Position numbers and translations under genes: made by a program
Shown here: in pieces, positions 1 to 8,424 of the stretch
Layout: each line of letters opens with the position of its first letter
How positions within the stretch are numbered: position 1 is the stretch's first letter
Assembly: GCA_043826355.1 (NCBI GenBank)
Contig: JBDRQI010000008.1
Coordinates: 1 to 16,873, forward strand
Origin: Candidatus Omnitrophota bacterium
GTDB taxonomy: Bacteria; Ratteibacteria; UBA8468; MWAK01
Reading direction: 5' to 3'
DNA length: 16,873 bases
Notes under the pieces: model-generated
What the model was told of the DNA's origin: nothing
Databases searched by the model: none
The model's input: the letters and a program-made list of their open reading frames with translations, nothing else

Positions 1-142
1 CTCGTCTGGACGAAGTCTGGCCGACCTGACCGGCTGCGTCTCTCATCGCTTGTATAGTATAACTATGCAATCTTCTTCGCTCCTTGTCTCGCTCCAAAAT
101 CATCTCTGGCAAATAGACAGTTTTATTGTTTAGCAACCCCTC
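1..142 (-). repeat. Partial palindromic MITE/REP-like element truncated by the window edge
   Basis: Non-coding. Central hairpin TTGTATAG-tataa-CTATGCAA (50-70). On the minus strand it is enclosed by GACAAGG...ACGCAG, the same CAAG/CGYAG layout as in the elements at 8425-8633 and 9521-9701. It shares the 10-mer AAGCGATGAG (revcomp of 42-51) with 8486-8495. The second end is not visible. Confidence 0.5.
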
Positions 143-147
143 AATAA

Positions 148-177
148 ATTATAATGCAGACGGGGAGAAACCGTCAA
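148..177 (-). promoter_or_regulatory. Putative sigma70-type promoter TTGACG-N18-TATAAT
   Basis: -35 = revcomp of cgtcaa (172-177); -10 = revcomp of attata (148-153); 18-bp spacer; lies in non-coding DNA. Predicted start is near 141-142. Confidence 0.6.
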
Positions 178-257
178 TACTCAACAACAAAACAGTATGT
201 TCCCAGCTCTGTCCCGGCATCCCGCGCAAACCCGCACAAGCCAGCAAATCTAAAAAA

Positions 258-1133
258 TTATTTTGCTTCCGCGTCGGGAATTTGTTTGGTTAGTTCCAAA
301 ATGTCCGCTGCCGGTATGATTACGGTTAACCCTGCTCCTTCCGGGGTATCCAAGCTGCCCGATATCATATCCGGCGCTGACATGACGGGTGACGTATTCG
401 GAATCTGCACCACCGTTATACCGAGAATCTTTCCGTCCAGGTTAAACACCGGCGTGCCTACCGGGTTATCACGCTGGTTGCCGGGTAGATAAAACTTTCT
501 TGGTTTTTCAACCACGGACTTGACTCGGTCTAAAATGGCGGTGGGTTTTCGACCGTAATATTCTTTAGGCAATAAGTTTATAATAACTACCGGGTCCAAA
601 GTATTGACACTGCCGGACTGGGAAAGGTCAAGGGCGAAAACAGAGGCGCCAAGTTTTTTGGTCGGCCGAAGAAAAGCCAAATCGAGGTCTTTATCCCGCA
701 GCACAACCTTTACCGGCACCTCTTTGCCGTCAGGCATAATCACGCTGGCATTTAACAACTCGACGTTAAATGTGATGTCCACATTTTCCCCTCCGGATTT
801 TGCAAGAAAATTTTTCATTATTTTCTCTAAAACTTCGCCGGGATTAACCATAGCGGCAGAGGTAACCGCCAGACCGGAGGGATTGATAACCGTTGCGGTT
901 GAGACCGCTTCAATCTCTTTATTGTACTGTTCTTTTCCGCCCGCCGTCATCCGGACTTTAGCCACCGTTTTCAGACTCACCACGCCGTTCTGATACTGCT
1001 CTAAAATCTTTCTTCCGGCGACGCTATTTTCGTCCGCTTTGGCATAAGACCGAGCCAGAGAAAACAATAAAATAAAAATCGCAATAACCCGCCATATCTT
1101 TCGCAATCCCGCAACTCTTTTTATTCTCCGCAT
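258..1133 (-). CDS. Exported trypsin-like (HtrA-type) peptidase-domain protein, probably catalytically inactive
   Basis: ATG at 1133 is preceded by AGGAGG, which is better than the track start at 1175. Signal-peptide-like N-terminus (basic stretch, VIAIFILLFSL, AKA). HtrA-like segments include TVINPSGLAVT, DKDLDLAFL and GTPVFNLDGKILGI. TNxHV reads TSAAMV and GNSGGP reads NPVGTP. Confidence 0.8.
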   Translation of the reverse strand: MRRIKRVAGLRKIWRVIAIFILLFSLARSYAKADENSVAGRKILEQYQNGVVSLKTVAKVRMTAGGKEQYNKEIEAVSTATVINPSGLAVTSAAMVNPGEVLEKIMKNFLAKSGGENVDITFNVELLNASVIMPDGKEVPVKVVLRDKDLDLAFLRPTKKLGASVFALDLSQSGSVNTLDPVVIINLLPKEYYGRKPTAILDRVKSVVEKPRKFYLPGNQRDNPVGTPVFNLDGKILGITVVQIPNTSPVMSAPDMISGSLDTPEGAGLTVIIPAADILELTKQIPDAEAK

Positions 1134-1146
1134 TTTCCTCCTTCGC

Positions 1147-1213
1147 CCGCCGAAGCATGGATGCCTAAACGGCAAAGCCGCTTCTCCAAGGCGTCCGCAT
1201 TGCGAAGGCGGAC
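1147..1213. repeat. REP-like intergenic palindrome
   Basis: CCGCCGAAGC (1147-1156) can pair with GCGAAGGCGG (1202-1211) across a GAA/GAA internal loop. An alternative local stem is GTCCGC (1193-1198) with GCGGAC (1208-1213). Begins 7 bp after the protease stop codon. Confidence 0.45.
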
Positions 1214-1220
1214 TTGGTGT

Positions 1221-3278
1221 TTACCACTCGGGTTCCATTTCCAGGTATAAATTATGGATACCTCGTTTGACCAAAAATATCATTCGTTTCGGCTTGTCCG
1301 CTGCCGCTTTTTTCAGAATCTGTTGGAGCAATCCTACGTTGTTGATAGTCTGGCCGTCTATCCGGAGGATTATATCCCCGACGGACATTTTCCCCAGGGC
1401 TACCCAGCTGCCTTGTTCCACCGTCTCGACCAGAACTCCGCTTTCATCCTTAATGTTTCCTTTGACCTGGTCAACTAATGCCATATCGCGCGCGGTAAAT
1501 CCAAAGTCTTTATCGGTATATCTTTTCATCTCGCGGGGCAGTTTTGGAGCAAACGGTAATTCGATTTTCACTTTCTTTTCTTCTTTGCCCCGCAACATGG
1601 TCAGTTCCACTTCGGCGCCCGCCTTATATTGACGAATGAGAGCCGGCAAAACTTCGGAATCTTCCGGATTTGAAGCGGCGATCCGGTCACCGTTGAGACT
1701 GCTGATAATGTCGCCGGGTTTCAGCCCGGCTTTCTCCGCGGCGCTTTCCGGGTAGACGTAGGTAATTATCACGCCGGTTAAATCCGGAACGCCCAACTGT
1801 TCCGCGATATCCCTGGTTAATACTTTCGCGTCGATTGGCAGCCAGGATTTTTTTGCTTCCAACCCTTTATCTTCCGATTCCTGCACTCCCAGTTTTACGA
1901 CCGTAATGTATTGTTGGTTTTCTCTGGCAAATTCTACCAGGACCGGCAGGGGGTCCTTCCGGTCTTTCATAAGGTTTTCGGTCAGTTTTACCAGTTCTTC
2001 CGTATTTTTAACCGCGGTATTGGCTACCCTGGTAATGACGTCGTTTCTGATTATCGGCGGTTCGGCCTTATCGCAGGGACCTCCCGGCCGGCCGTTTTTT
2101 ACCAGTACGCCGTCTTTACTTTCTCGTTTTAGTTTTTTAGAAGTCAGCAGGGAGATGTTGCTGACACAGAGGCCCCAATCTTTCATTACTTCTTCTTTCG
2201 GTTCGGCCGGTTCCCGTTCCTGGGTAGTTATTTTTAAAACTATCTTTTTGTCGTTTCGCAATACCACCGCTTCTACTTCTTTGCCCGCCGGAATCTTGGC
2301 CACCGTTTGATTGAAGGATGGCAATTCTTCGGCAAAACGGGCGCTCACCGGTTTCTTGCTCACCTCAATCAAGATATCCCCGGTCTGAAATCCGGCTTTA
2401 TCCGCCGGAGAACCTTCTATTGTCCCGCTGACCAGAATACCCTCCTCCCGGTTAAAAGATTTGAGCAGAGGTTGCACCGACAGGCCAATCCAACTCCGGC
2501 TTACTTTACCATATTTAATGATTTGGTCCGATACCTCTTTGGCCAGATTTCCGGGGATAGCGCCGCTTAACCCCAGTCTTATTTCGTTGATACCGACAAT
2601 CTCTCCGTTAAGGTTCACCAGCGGACCTCCGGAATTGCCCGGATAGATGGCGGCATCGTGCCCGATCCAGGAGACCAACTCGCCGACGTTTTCTCCTTCC
2701 AGGATGAAACTTGCCCAATAGACCGGCATCACAAGATTGCGGTTGCTTACGATACCCGTCGTTACCGACTGCGAAAGTTCGTATGGGCAGCCCATCGCCA
2801 AAATCTGCTCGCCGACTTTCAGCAGCGATGAGTCGCCGAAACGGGCAAAGGGAAAAGCTCGTTGCCCCCGGGAAAGCAATTTAATGATTGCGATGTCGGT
2901 CAGGGGATCGGTGCCAACCAACTTTCCTTCAATCTCCTCTTTATTGGCGAGGGTGCAAGTGATGCGGTTCGCTTTTCCGGCGACATGGTGATTGGTTATC
3001 ACATAACCGTCCCTGGCGATGATAGTGCCGCTGCCGGACTGTTCCCGGTTAATTTCTCTGCCCTCTTCGTATGTCGCCCATACGACATGAATCCTTACCA
3101 GCGCCGGCTCCACCGCTTTTATCGCTTTAGTCACGGCCTTTTCCGCCCCGGCCTGGTCTTCCGCTCCGACAATATTTCCCTGGAAGCAGGACAAACAAAC
3201 GGTCATAAAACATAGCAGAACCAGATAATGGATGGCCCGGGATAACAATTTAACGGAATTATTTTTAATTGGCTTCAT
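1221..3278 (-). CDS. HtrA/DegP-family serine protease with about four PDZ domains
   Basis: N-terminal signal or anchor segment. Intact triad motifs: GSGTII...ITNHHV, DPLTDIAII and IYPGNSGGPL. Four PDZ-like repeats start near WIGLSV, WGLCVS, WLPIDA and FGFTAR. RBS AAAGGAG at 3282-3288. Confidence 0.93.
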   Translation of the reverse strand: MKPIKNNSVKLLSRAIHYLVLLCFMTVCLSCFQGNIVGAEDQAGAEKAVTKAIKAVEPALVRIHVVWATYEEGREINREQSGSGTIIARDGYVITNHHVAGKANRITCTLANKEEIEGKLVGTDPLTDIAIIKLLSRGQRAFPFARFGDSSLLKVGEQILAMGCPYELSQSVTTGIVSNRNLVMPVYWASFILEGENVGELVSWIGHDAAIYPGNSGGPLVNLNGEIVGINEIRLGLSGAIPGNLAKEVSDQIIKYGKVSRSWIGLSVQPLLKSFNREEGILVSGTIEGSPADKAGFQTGDILIEVSKKPVSARFAEELPSFNQTVAKIPAGKEVEAVVLRNDKKIVLKITTQEREPAEPKEEVMKDWGLCVSNISLLTSKKLKRESKDGVLVKNGRPGGPCDKAEPPIIRNDVITRVANTAVKNTEELVKLTENLMKDRKDPLPVLVEFARENQQYITVVKLGVQESEDKGLEAKKSWLPIDAKVLTRDIAEQLGVPDLTGVIITYVYPESAAEKAGLKPGDIISSLNGDRIAASNPEDSEVLPALIRQYKAGAEVELTMLRGKEEKKVKIELPFAPKLPREMKRYTDKDFGFTARDMALVDQVKGNIKDESGVLVETVEQGSWVALGKMSVGDIILRIDGQTINNVGLLQQILKKAAADKPKRMIFLVKRGIHNLYLEMEPEW

Positions 3279-3328
3279 GCACTCCTTTGCGGATAATTAT
3301 GGTTAGCGATGATATTTCTATCGTCCAA

Positions 3329-3357
3329 ATTATACTTCTTCTGTTTTCTGAGGTCAA
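3329..3357 (-). promoter_or_regulatory. Putative sigma70 promoter TTGACC-N17-TATAAT for the protease pair
   Basis: -35 = revcomp of ggtcaa (3352-3357); -10 = revcomp of attata (3329-3334); 17-bp spacer; about 50 bp upstream of the ATG at 3278. Confidence 0.75.
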
Positions 3358-3443
3358 CTCAACGAAACTCCGCGGAGTGCCGGCTTTCCTGCCGGAAACA
3401 CAGCGCGGCGAATATGGAGCGCTGCGTAACAATATCGGGGATT

Positions 3444-4007
3444 TTACCAGTAGATGAAGCGGGTGAAGAGTTCCTGGTCCTCCGGCGAGAGTTTACTAAC
3501 GTCTCGGACAATGTAACGGTTTTCAAAAATATCAAACAATACCTTGCCTTCCCTGCCGTAGTTCTGGGCGCGGTCACCCCGCCAGTGCATCTCAAACTGC
3601 CTGGGGCCGTGGTCAGTCCCAACGTCAAACATCAGCAGGTTGTAACGAAGTTCAATCTTAAAAATTCTTAAAATTTCAAATTCAAAATAATAGTTCGCGA
3701 GGCTGGCGGCGATTAAGCGGCGGACCTCGGCCGGAAATTCGGACGGGTCGCGGATAACACCGATTTCCCGCTCTTCCCCGCCGGTATCGATATAACGCAA
3801 TGAAACATACTGATGCGGACAGGTGACCGGAAAACAGAGCACGGCAAAGACTCCCCGATAATCAAGGTCCTCTTTTCCCGGTCCGGATTTCAGGACCACG
3901 TAGAGGAAATTATCAAAACCCATAATTATTTCCGTCTGGTCCAGGGCCAAGAAATTAACGCCCACGCCTTCAATTTTAAGGGTCTCCGGTATTTTTTTTG
4001 GTTCCAT
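3444..4007 (-). CDS. DUF1854-domain protein
   Basis: Recognisable segments CFPVT..YVSLR..EREIGVI, YYFEFEILRI, FDVGTDHGPRQF and DIFENRYIV. Likely ATG at 4007, 1 bp after the ABC transporter stop (track start 4067 overlaps that gene). Confidence 0.8.
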   Translation of the reverse strand: MEPKKIPETLKIEGVGVNFLALDQTEIIMGFDNFLYVVLKSGPGKEDLDYRGVFAVLCFPVTCPHQYVSLRYIDTGGEEREIGVIRDPSEFPAEVRRLIAASLANYYFEFEILRIFKIELRYNLLMFDVGTDHGPRQFEMHWRGDRAQNYGREGKVLFDIFENRYIVRDVSKLSPEDQELFTRFIYW

Positions 4008-4008
4008 A

Positions 4009-6261
4009 TCAATCCAACTCCAAACTGGCCAGTTCGGTTTGAATCTTGACCAGTTTATAATAAACACCCTGCCGCTTCATCAATTCTTCGTGGGTGCCGA
4101 ATTCAACCAGCCGGCCGGAATCAATGGCGTAGATGCGGTCGGCATCCTTCAACGTGGAAAGCCGGTGCGCGATAGATATGACTGTCCGGCCTTTACCGAT
4201 AATTCTCAGCGCCCGCTGGATTTCCTGCTCGTTCTCCGTATCCACGTTGGAAGTGGCTTCGTCCAAAATTAAAATCCGGGGATTAAACAAGAGCGCCCGC
4301 GCAATTGAGACTCTCTGCTTTTCGCCTCCGGAAAGACCGGCGCCCCGCTCACCTAACTGGGTATCGTAACCTTCCGGAAATTTCATGATAAAATCGTGAC
4401 AGTTTGCGGCCCGGGAGGCGTTAAGAATATCTTCCCAGGTGGCGCCGGGCATTCCGTAGGCGATGTTATCTTTAATTGAACCCCGGAAAAGAAAAGGCTC
4501 CTGGAGAACCAGGCCGATATGCTGCAAAATTTCCGGCCGCTTGAAACGCCGCACCGGAATATCGTCAATCTTAATTTCACCCCGCTGAATTTCGTAAAAA
4601 CGGCAGAGCAAATTAACGAGTGTAGTCTTACCCGAACCGCTCCGGCCCACGATGCCTATTTTCTCGCCGGCTTCAATCTTCAGCGAGATACCCTTAACAA
4701 CCGGATTATACGGGTCGTAGCCGAACCAGACGTCATTAATCTCAATCGCGCCGGAAATATGCGGGCAGGAGATAGCGTCCGGGTCGTCCTGAACTTCGGA
4801 CGGCATATCCAAAATTTCAAAGATGCGCTGGCTGGCCGTAGCAAACTGAGTCACCCAGTTGGAGAACATTGCCAGGCTTCCCAACGGGGCATAGAACATT
4901 GTGATATAGCCCAAAAATGCCATCAGCGTTCCCAGGCTTAGATGGCCGTTAAGCACGTCGCGGCCGCCCACGAACCAGACGATTAGGCCGCCCATCCCGA
5001 AAACGTAAGCCATCAAAGGTGAAAAAACACCCACTTTAGTATCCACTTTGATGCGCGTTTCGCGAACGTAATCAGCCGCCTTGAAAAAACGCTTGGTTTC
5101 CCGTTTCTCCTGTCCGAAGACCTTCACCAGCCGGATACCGGAAAGAACTCCGTTGAGCATGGAGCCGAGTTTGGAGTTACTGTCCCAGTACTTGTAATAA
5201 TTGGGGTAGATGCGTTTCCAGAAAAACATGGTACCGATAAAAACAAACGGGATGGGAATAAGGACCAGAATCGCCAGTTTGGCGTTCATGGAAAAGAGCA
5301 TAACACCGATGGCGATTGTCAAAAATACGTTCACCAGGAATCCCTGGGTTACCTGAATCACAAAACCGTGCATAACTTCCACGTCACTGGTGATACGGCT
5401 CATCAGGTGGCCCACCGAAACCCGGTCATAGTACGCCACCGACATCTCCTGCAGTTTCTGAAAGAGCCGTTTACGGATGTCGTTGGTGACGCCGGTTCCG
5501 ACCTTGGGCGCCAGCCGGTTAATAATAATATCGATGCCGCGGCGCAGAAGTGAGGCTCCGGCCAGCGCAGCCACCAGAAAGAGAAGCCAGTCAGCGTGCT
5601 GACGGGTCGTCAAAACATCATCAACCAAAACTTTAGTAAGACGGGGCGGCAGCATGTCCAGGGCAATTCCAACCATCATTAGGAGGAAAAGTCCCAGCAT
5701 TGTCCAGCGGTAGGGCGCCAGCATGGAAAACATCCGGTTAAACGCGGCTTTATGCTGAATGCAGCGGCGGCAGGGAGCACCAACTCTCGGCAGGATTAAG
5801 CCGCACCGGGAACAGAAGTTAGGGTCCGGAGCAAAGAGGGCTTCTTTCTGAATTGGCAGTCTATCTTTCAAACGCTTTAACTGCATCAGGACGCGTTGAA
5901 ATCGTTCCCGGTTTTCGTTGGTGAAGCGGACCAGTTCTGCGGGTGTAGTTTTCAGAAAAAAGCGCAAGGAAGTAGAACCGATTGAGGGATGAATATCAAA
6001 ATCGGTAATTGCTTTGTAATCGTAAGGACCCTTCACCGGCATTTCCGAAACCGCCGGTACGACAACGAGGTGGCTCTCCGTTGCTAATAGCCAGACAGGC
6101 AGGATACGGCCGAGCGAGTCAAGGTCTGCTTCGGCAGCCAACAAAATCGGCTCGCCGTGAAGAACGACATCCTCCAACCGTTCCCGGATGAGTTTGGGGA
6201 TAGAATCGGTTGAAGCCAGAATTAAAGGAATTGGCGCAGCAACCCCCGAAGGTTCTTTCAT
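4009..6261 (-). CDS. ABC exporter, fused permease/ATPase with N-terminal extension and CxxC...CxxC motif
   Basis: Walker A GRSGSGKT, signature LSGGEKQR, Walker B ILILDE, H-loop IAHRL, six-TM-type membrane domain. About 170 aa of N-terminal extension ends in CSRC-x10-CRRC. ATGA overlap with the upstream gene. Confidence 0.93.
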   Translation of the reverse strand: MKEPSGVAAPIPLILASTDSIPKLIRERLEDVVLHGEPILLAAEADLDSLGRILPVWLLATESHLVVVPAVSEMPVKGPYDYKAITDFDIHPSIGSTSLRFFLKTTPAELVRFTNENRERFQRVLMQLKRLKDRLPIQKEALFAPDPNFCSRCGLILPRVGAPCRRCIQHKAAFNRMFSMLAPYRWTMLGLFLLMMVGIALDMLPPRLTKVLVDDVLTTRQHADWLLFLVAALAGASLLRRGIDIIINRLAPKVGTGVTNDIRKRLFQKLQEMSVAYYDRVSVGHLMSRITSDVEVMHGFVIQVTQGFLVNVFLTIAIGVMLFSMNAKLAILVLIPIPFVFIGTMFFWKRIYPNYYKYWDSNSKLGSMLNGVLSGIRLVKVFGQEKRETKRFFKAADYVRETRIKVDTKVGVFSPLMAYVFGMGGLIVWFVGGRDVLNGHLSLGTLMAFLGYITMFYAPLGSLAMFSNWVTQFATASQRIFEILDMPSEVQDDPDAISCPHISGAIEINDVWFGYDPYNPVVKGISLKIEAGEKIGIVGRSGSGKTTLVNLLCRFYEIQRGEIKIDDIPVRRFKRPEILQHIGLVLQEPFLFRGSIKDNIAYGMPGATWEDILNASRAANCHDFIMKFPEGYDTQLGERGAGLSGGEKQRVSIARALLFNPRILILDEATSNVDTENEQEIQRALRIIGKGRTVISIAHRLSTLKDADRIYAIDSGRLVEFGTHEELMKRQGVYYKLVKIQTELASLELD

Positions 6262-7484
6262 CTATTATCCGTAAGAATCACGACATCTGCAAAAGAACCG
6301 GGCACCAGGTGCAAACGGCTCTTTTCAACCAGCACCTTAACCGGCACATAGGTAACCTGACCCTGCTGACCTTGAATCCGGGCGTAAGTTCCTACCTGGA
6401 CCACCCTTCCTTCTCCGCCGCCGGAAAAGCGCTGGGAAAAACTGCGGGGATAGATTAACGCCTTCTGACCAATTTGTATCCTGGGTAAATCAGCTGTCGA
6501 AACCTTAACCATCAGGACTATTTCCCGGTCAGGCGCAAGAGTAAAGATAAGGTCTCCGTTCTTTACGTGTTCACCGGTCTCCTTGTCCCGCCTGATAATC
6601 TGGCCATCCCGGGGCGCAACGATAACCAGACGGCCGGCCTGGTCACTGGCAATTCGGAGCATCGCTCTTTTTTGGAAATGTTCCGATTGCCTCTGGCCAA
6701 GCGTATTTTTCTCAAGCGTAATCTCCCTTTCCGTGGATTCAATATCACTCAATAATTGCTGCTCTTTAATGTTCCGCTGGTTTTGAAGCGTTTTCTGTTG
6801 CGCTTTGGCTATGGCGGTGTTGGCCCGCGCCACTTCCATCCTGGTCACCACATCTTCATATTCAACCTGGCTGATCGCCTCCTGCCGGTACAGGTTGCGC
6901 GCTCTTTCTTCGTCTTTAACCGCCTGTTTGTATTCGGCCTCGGCAGCCAGAATTTTTTCCTGGGCCGCCTGAATTTCCGATTCGTCCTTCCGGAAAATAT
7001 CCGCCTCCTGACGCAACCGACCCAGCTTATCGGAAAGCATGGCTACTCTTTCCCGCGCCTTTTCCGGTTCCTTCTGAAGACCGGCAAGGTCAAACTTTTC
7101 CGTCTCCACATCCTGGTAAGACCCGGCGTTGTCCGGCCTGATTTTGGCAAGCAGTTCGCCTTCCTTCACCATTTGCCCTTCTACAACCGACAGTAATTCC
7201 ACGGTACCCTCGACCGGTGCGTTAATGTACTCAATATCACGGGGTTCTACCGTGCCGACAGCTTTAACCCGGTTCGTAAAACGAAAAGACAGCGCGATAA
7301 TAATCACGATTCCGACCAGAATCCAGAGCAGTGAAAAAAGCGTCTTTCGTCCGTGGCGGTCCCACCAGGTGGTCTGCTTAACCTCTGCCCCCGCTTTTTC
7401 GCCGCGCGTGGAACTGGCTCCGTCAACCGACCAGTCCGGTTCTCCGTCGTCCTTTTCTTCCTGCCACTTAAATTTTGCGCACAT
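6258..7484 (-). CDS. HlyD-family membrane fusion / periplasmic adaptor protein
   Basis: Single N-terminal TM helix; lipoyl half-motifs INAPVEGTV..VVEGQMVKEGELL and IVAPRDGQI..GEHVKNGD; long coiled coil; C-terminal LVPGSFADV. RBS AAGGAG at 7494-7499. Confidence 0.9.
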   Translation of the reverse strand: MCAKFKWQEEKDDGEPDWSVDGASSTRGEKAGAEVKQTTWWDRHGRKTLFSLLWILVGIVIIIALSFRFTNRVKAVGTVEPRDIEYINAPVEGTVELLSVVEGQMVKEGELLAKIRPDNAGSYQDVETEKFDLAGLQKEPEKARERVAMLSDKLGRLRQEADIFRKDESEIQAAQEKILAAEAEYKQAVKDEERARNLYRQEAISQVEYEDVVTRMEVARANTAIAKAQQKTLQNQRNIKEQQLLSDIESTEREITLEKNTLGQRQSEHFQKRAMLRIASDQAGRLVIVAPRDGQIIRRDKETGEHVKNGDLIFTLAPDREIVLMVKVSTADLPRIQIGQKALIYPRSFSQRFSGGGEGRVVQVGTYARIQGQQGQVTYVPVKVLVEKSRLHLVPGSFADVVILTDNR

Positions 7485-7507
7485 GGTAATGGGCTCCTTA
7501 AAAGAGG

Positions 7508-7555
7508 GAGGGGCATATCCCCTTTCCAGATATTTGGAAAGGGGATATGCCCCTC
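7508..7555. repeat. Perfect 21-bp inverted repeat (REP-like hairpin)
   Basis: GAGGGGCATATCCCCTTTCCA (7508-7528), 6-nt loop, then the exact reverse complement (7535-7555). Overlaps the last base of the HAD stop codon. Confidence 0.9.
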
Positions 7556-8406
7556 TATACCTTTATCTTTTCGGTCAAAATTGTTTCGAATTCCCGGATT
7601 AAAGAGGACTCGTAGGCGCCGGCGTAGGCGCCGGATAAAAAACGATTACCGGACTCGTCAAAAAACCGCTTCCAGGATAAAGATTCCCGGCCCGGATTGA
7701 TGGGAAAAAACAGACCGTTAAACGCTTTTACCGCCTTCAAATCCCCGGGCGCGTCGCCGACCATCAAGACCCGGTCCGCCGGATATTCAGCGACGCAAAA
7801 AACCTGCAACTGTTCCTGTTTGCTGCCGAATTCCTGACCGGCAATTGAAACCACCGTCTGCTCCAAACCTGATTCCCGCCACTCGGTAATCAAGGTCTCG
7901 GTAGGCGTCGCCGATACCACGACCAAATCGGACGCCTCATGCATCTTTTCCAGACTTTCCCGAACAAACGGAAAAGGCGGAATTCTCCGGCACCGCTCCG
8001 CTATGCGCTTGTTGACCGACCGGCTCCAATCCAGAACATCCTTTAGTTCCGGGTGCTCCGCCGTATATTCAACCAGCGCTTCGTTGCTGGTCGGAAGACC
8101 GGACTCGAGAAAATCACCCAGGTCTTCAGTCAATCGGATGGCCACGCCCTTTTCTCTTACTGAAGGCATCTTACGAAGATAATCAAAAACCATTTTCAAA
8201 GCGAAAAAACGGTTGGTCCCGCGGTGGACGGAATAGAGATTGACCCACTCCGCAACCAGCCGCACCTCTTTTTCGATCTTCCAGAGACCCCATTGGTCCA
8301 TCACCGCCGGATGGATGCACTCTTTCTGCTTAATTTCCATCGTCGGAAAGACCGAACCGTCCGAATCCACCGCCACCAAAAATTCTTTTTTCCTCTTAAA
8401 ATTCAT
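7555..8406 (-). CDS. HAD-superfamily hydrolase (probable phosphatase)
   Basis: Motif I VAVDSDGSV, motif II VVSAT, motif III K (GSK), motif IV MVGDAPGD. Start is ATG 8406 or GTG 8415. Confidence 0.85.
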   Translation of the reverse strand: MNFKRKKEFLVAVDSDGSVFPTMEIKQKECIHPAVMDQWGLWKIEKEVRLVAEWVNLYSVHRGTNRFFALKMVFDYLRKMPSVREKGVAIRLTEDLGDFLESGLPTSNEALVEYTAEHPELKDVLDWSRSVNKRIAERCRRIPPFPFVRESLEKMHEASDLVVVSATPTETLITEWRESGLEQTVVSIAGQEFGSKQEQLQVFCVAEYPADRVLMVGDAPGDLKAVKAFNGLFFPINPGRESLSWKRFFDESGNRFLSGAYAGAYESSLIREFETILTEKIKV

Positions 8407-8424
8407 CCCCAGCACGGTATTTTG

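Noticed and set aside
7508..7555. Simple intrinsic terminator
   Set aside because: The stem is much longer than typical and has no clean U-tract immediately after it (minus strand CCTCTTTT, plus strand TATACCTTT). Termination is not excluded, but the shared module at 8541-8566 argues for a repeat.
7611..7634. 12-bp tandem repeat (CGTAGGCGCCGG)x2
   Set aside because: In frame within the HAD gene, encoding GAYAGAY; explained by coding sequence.
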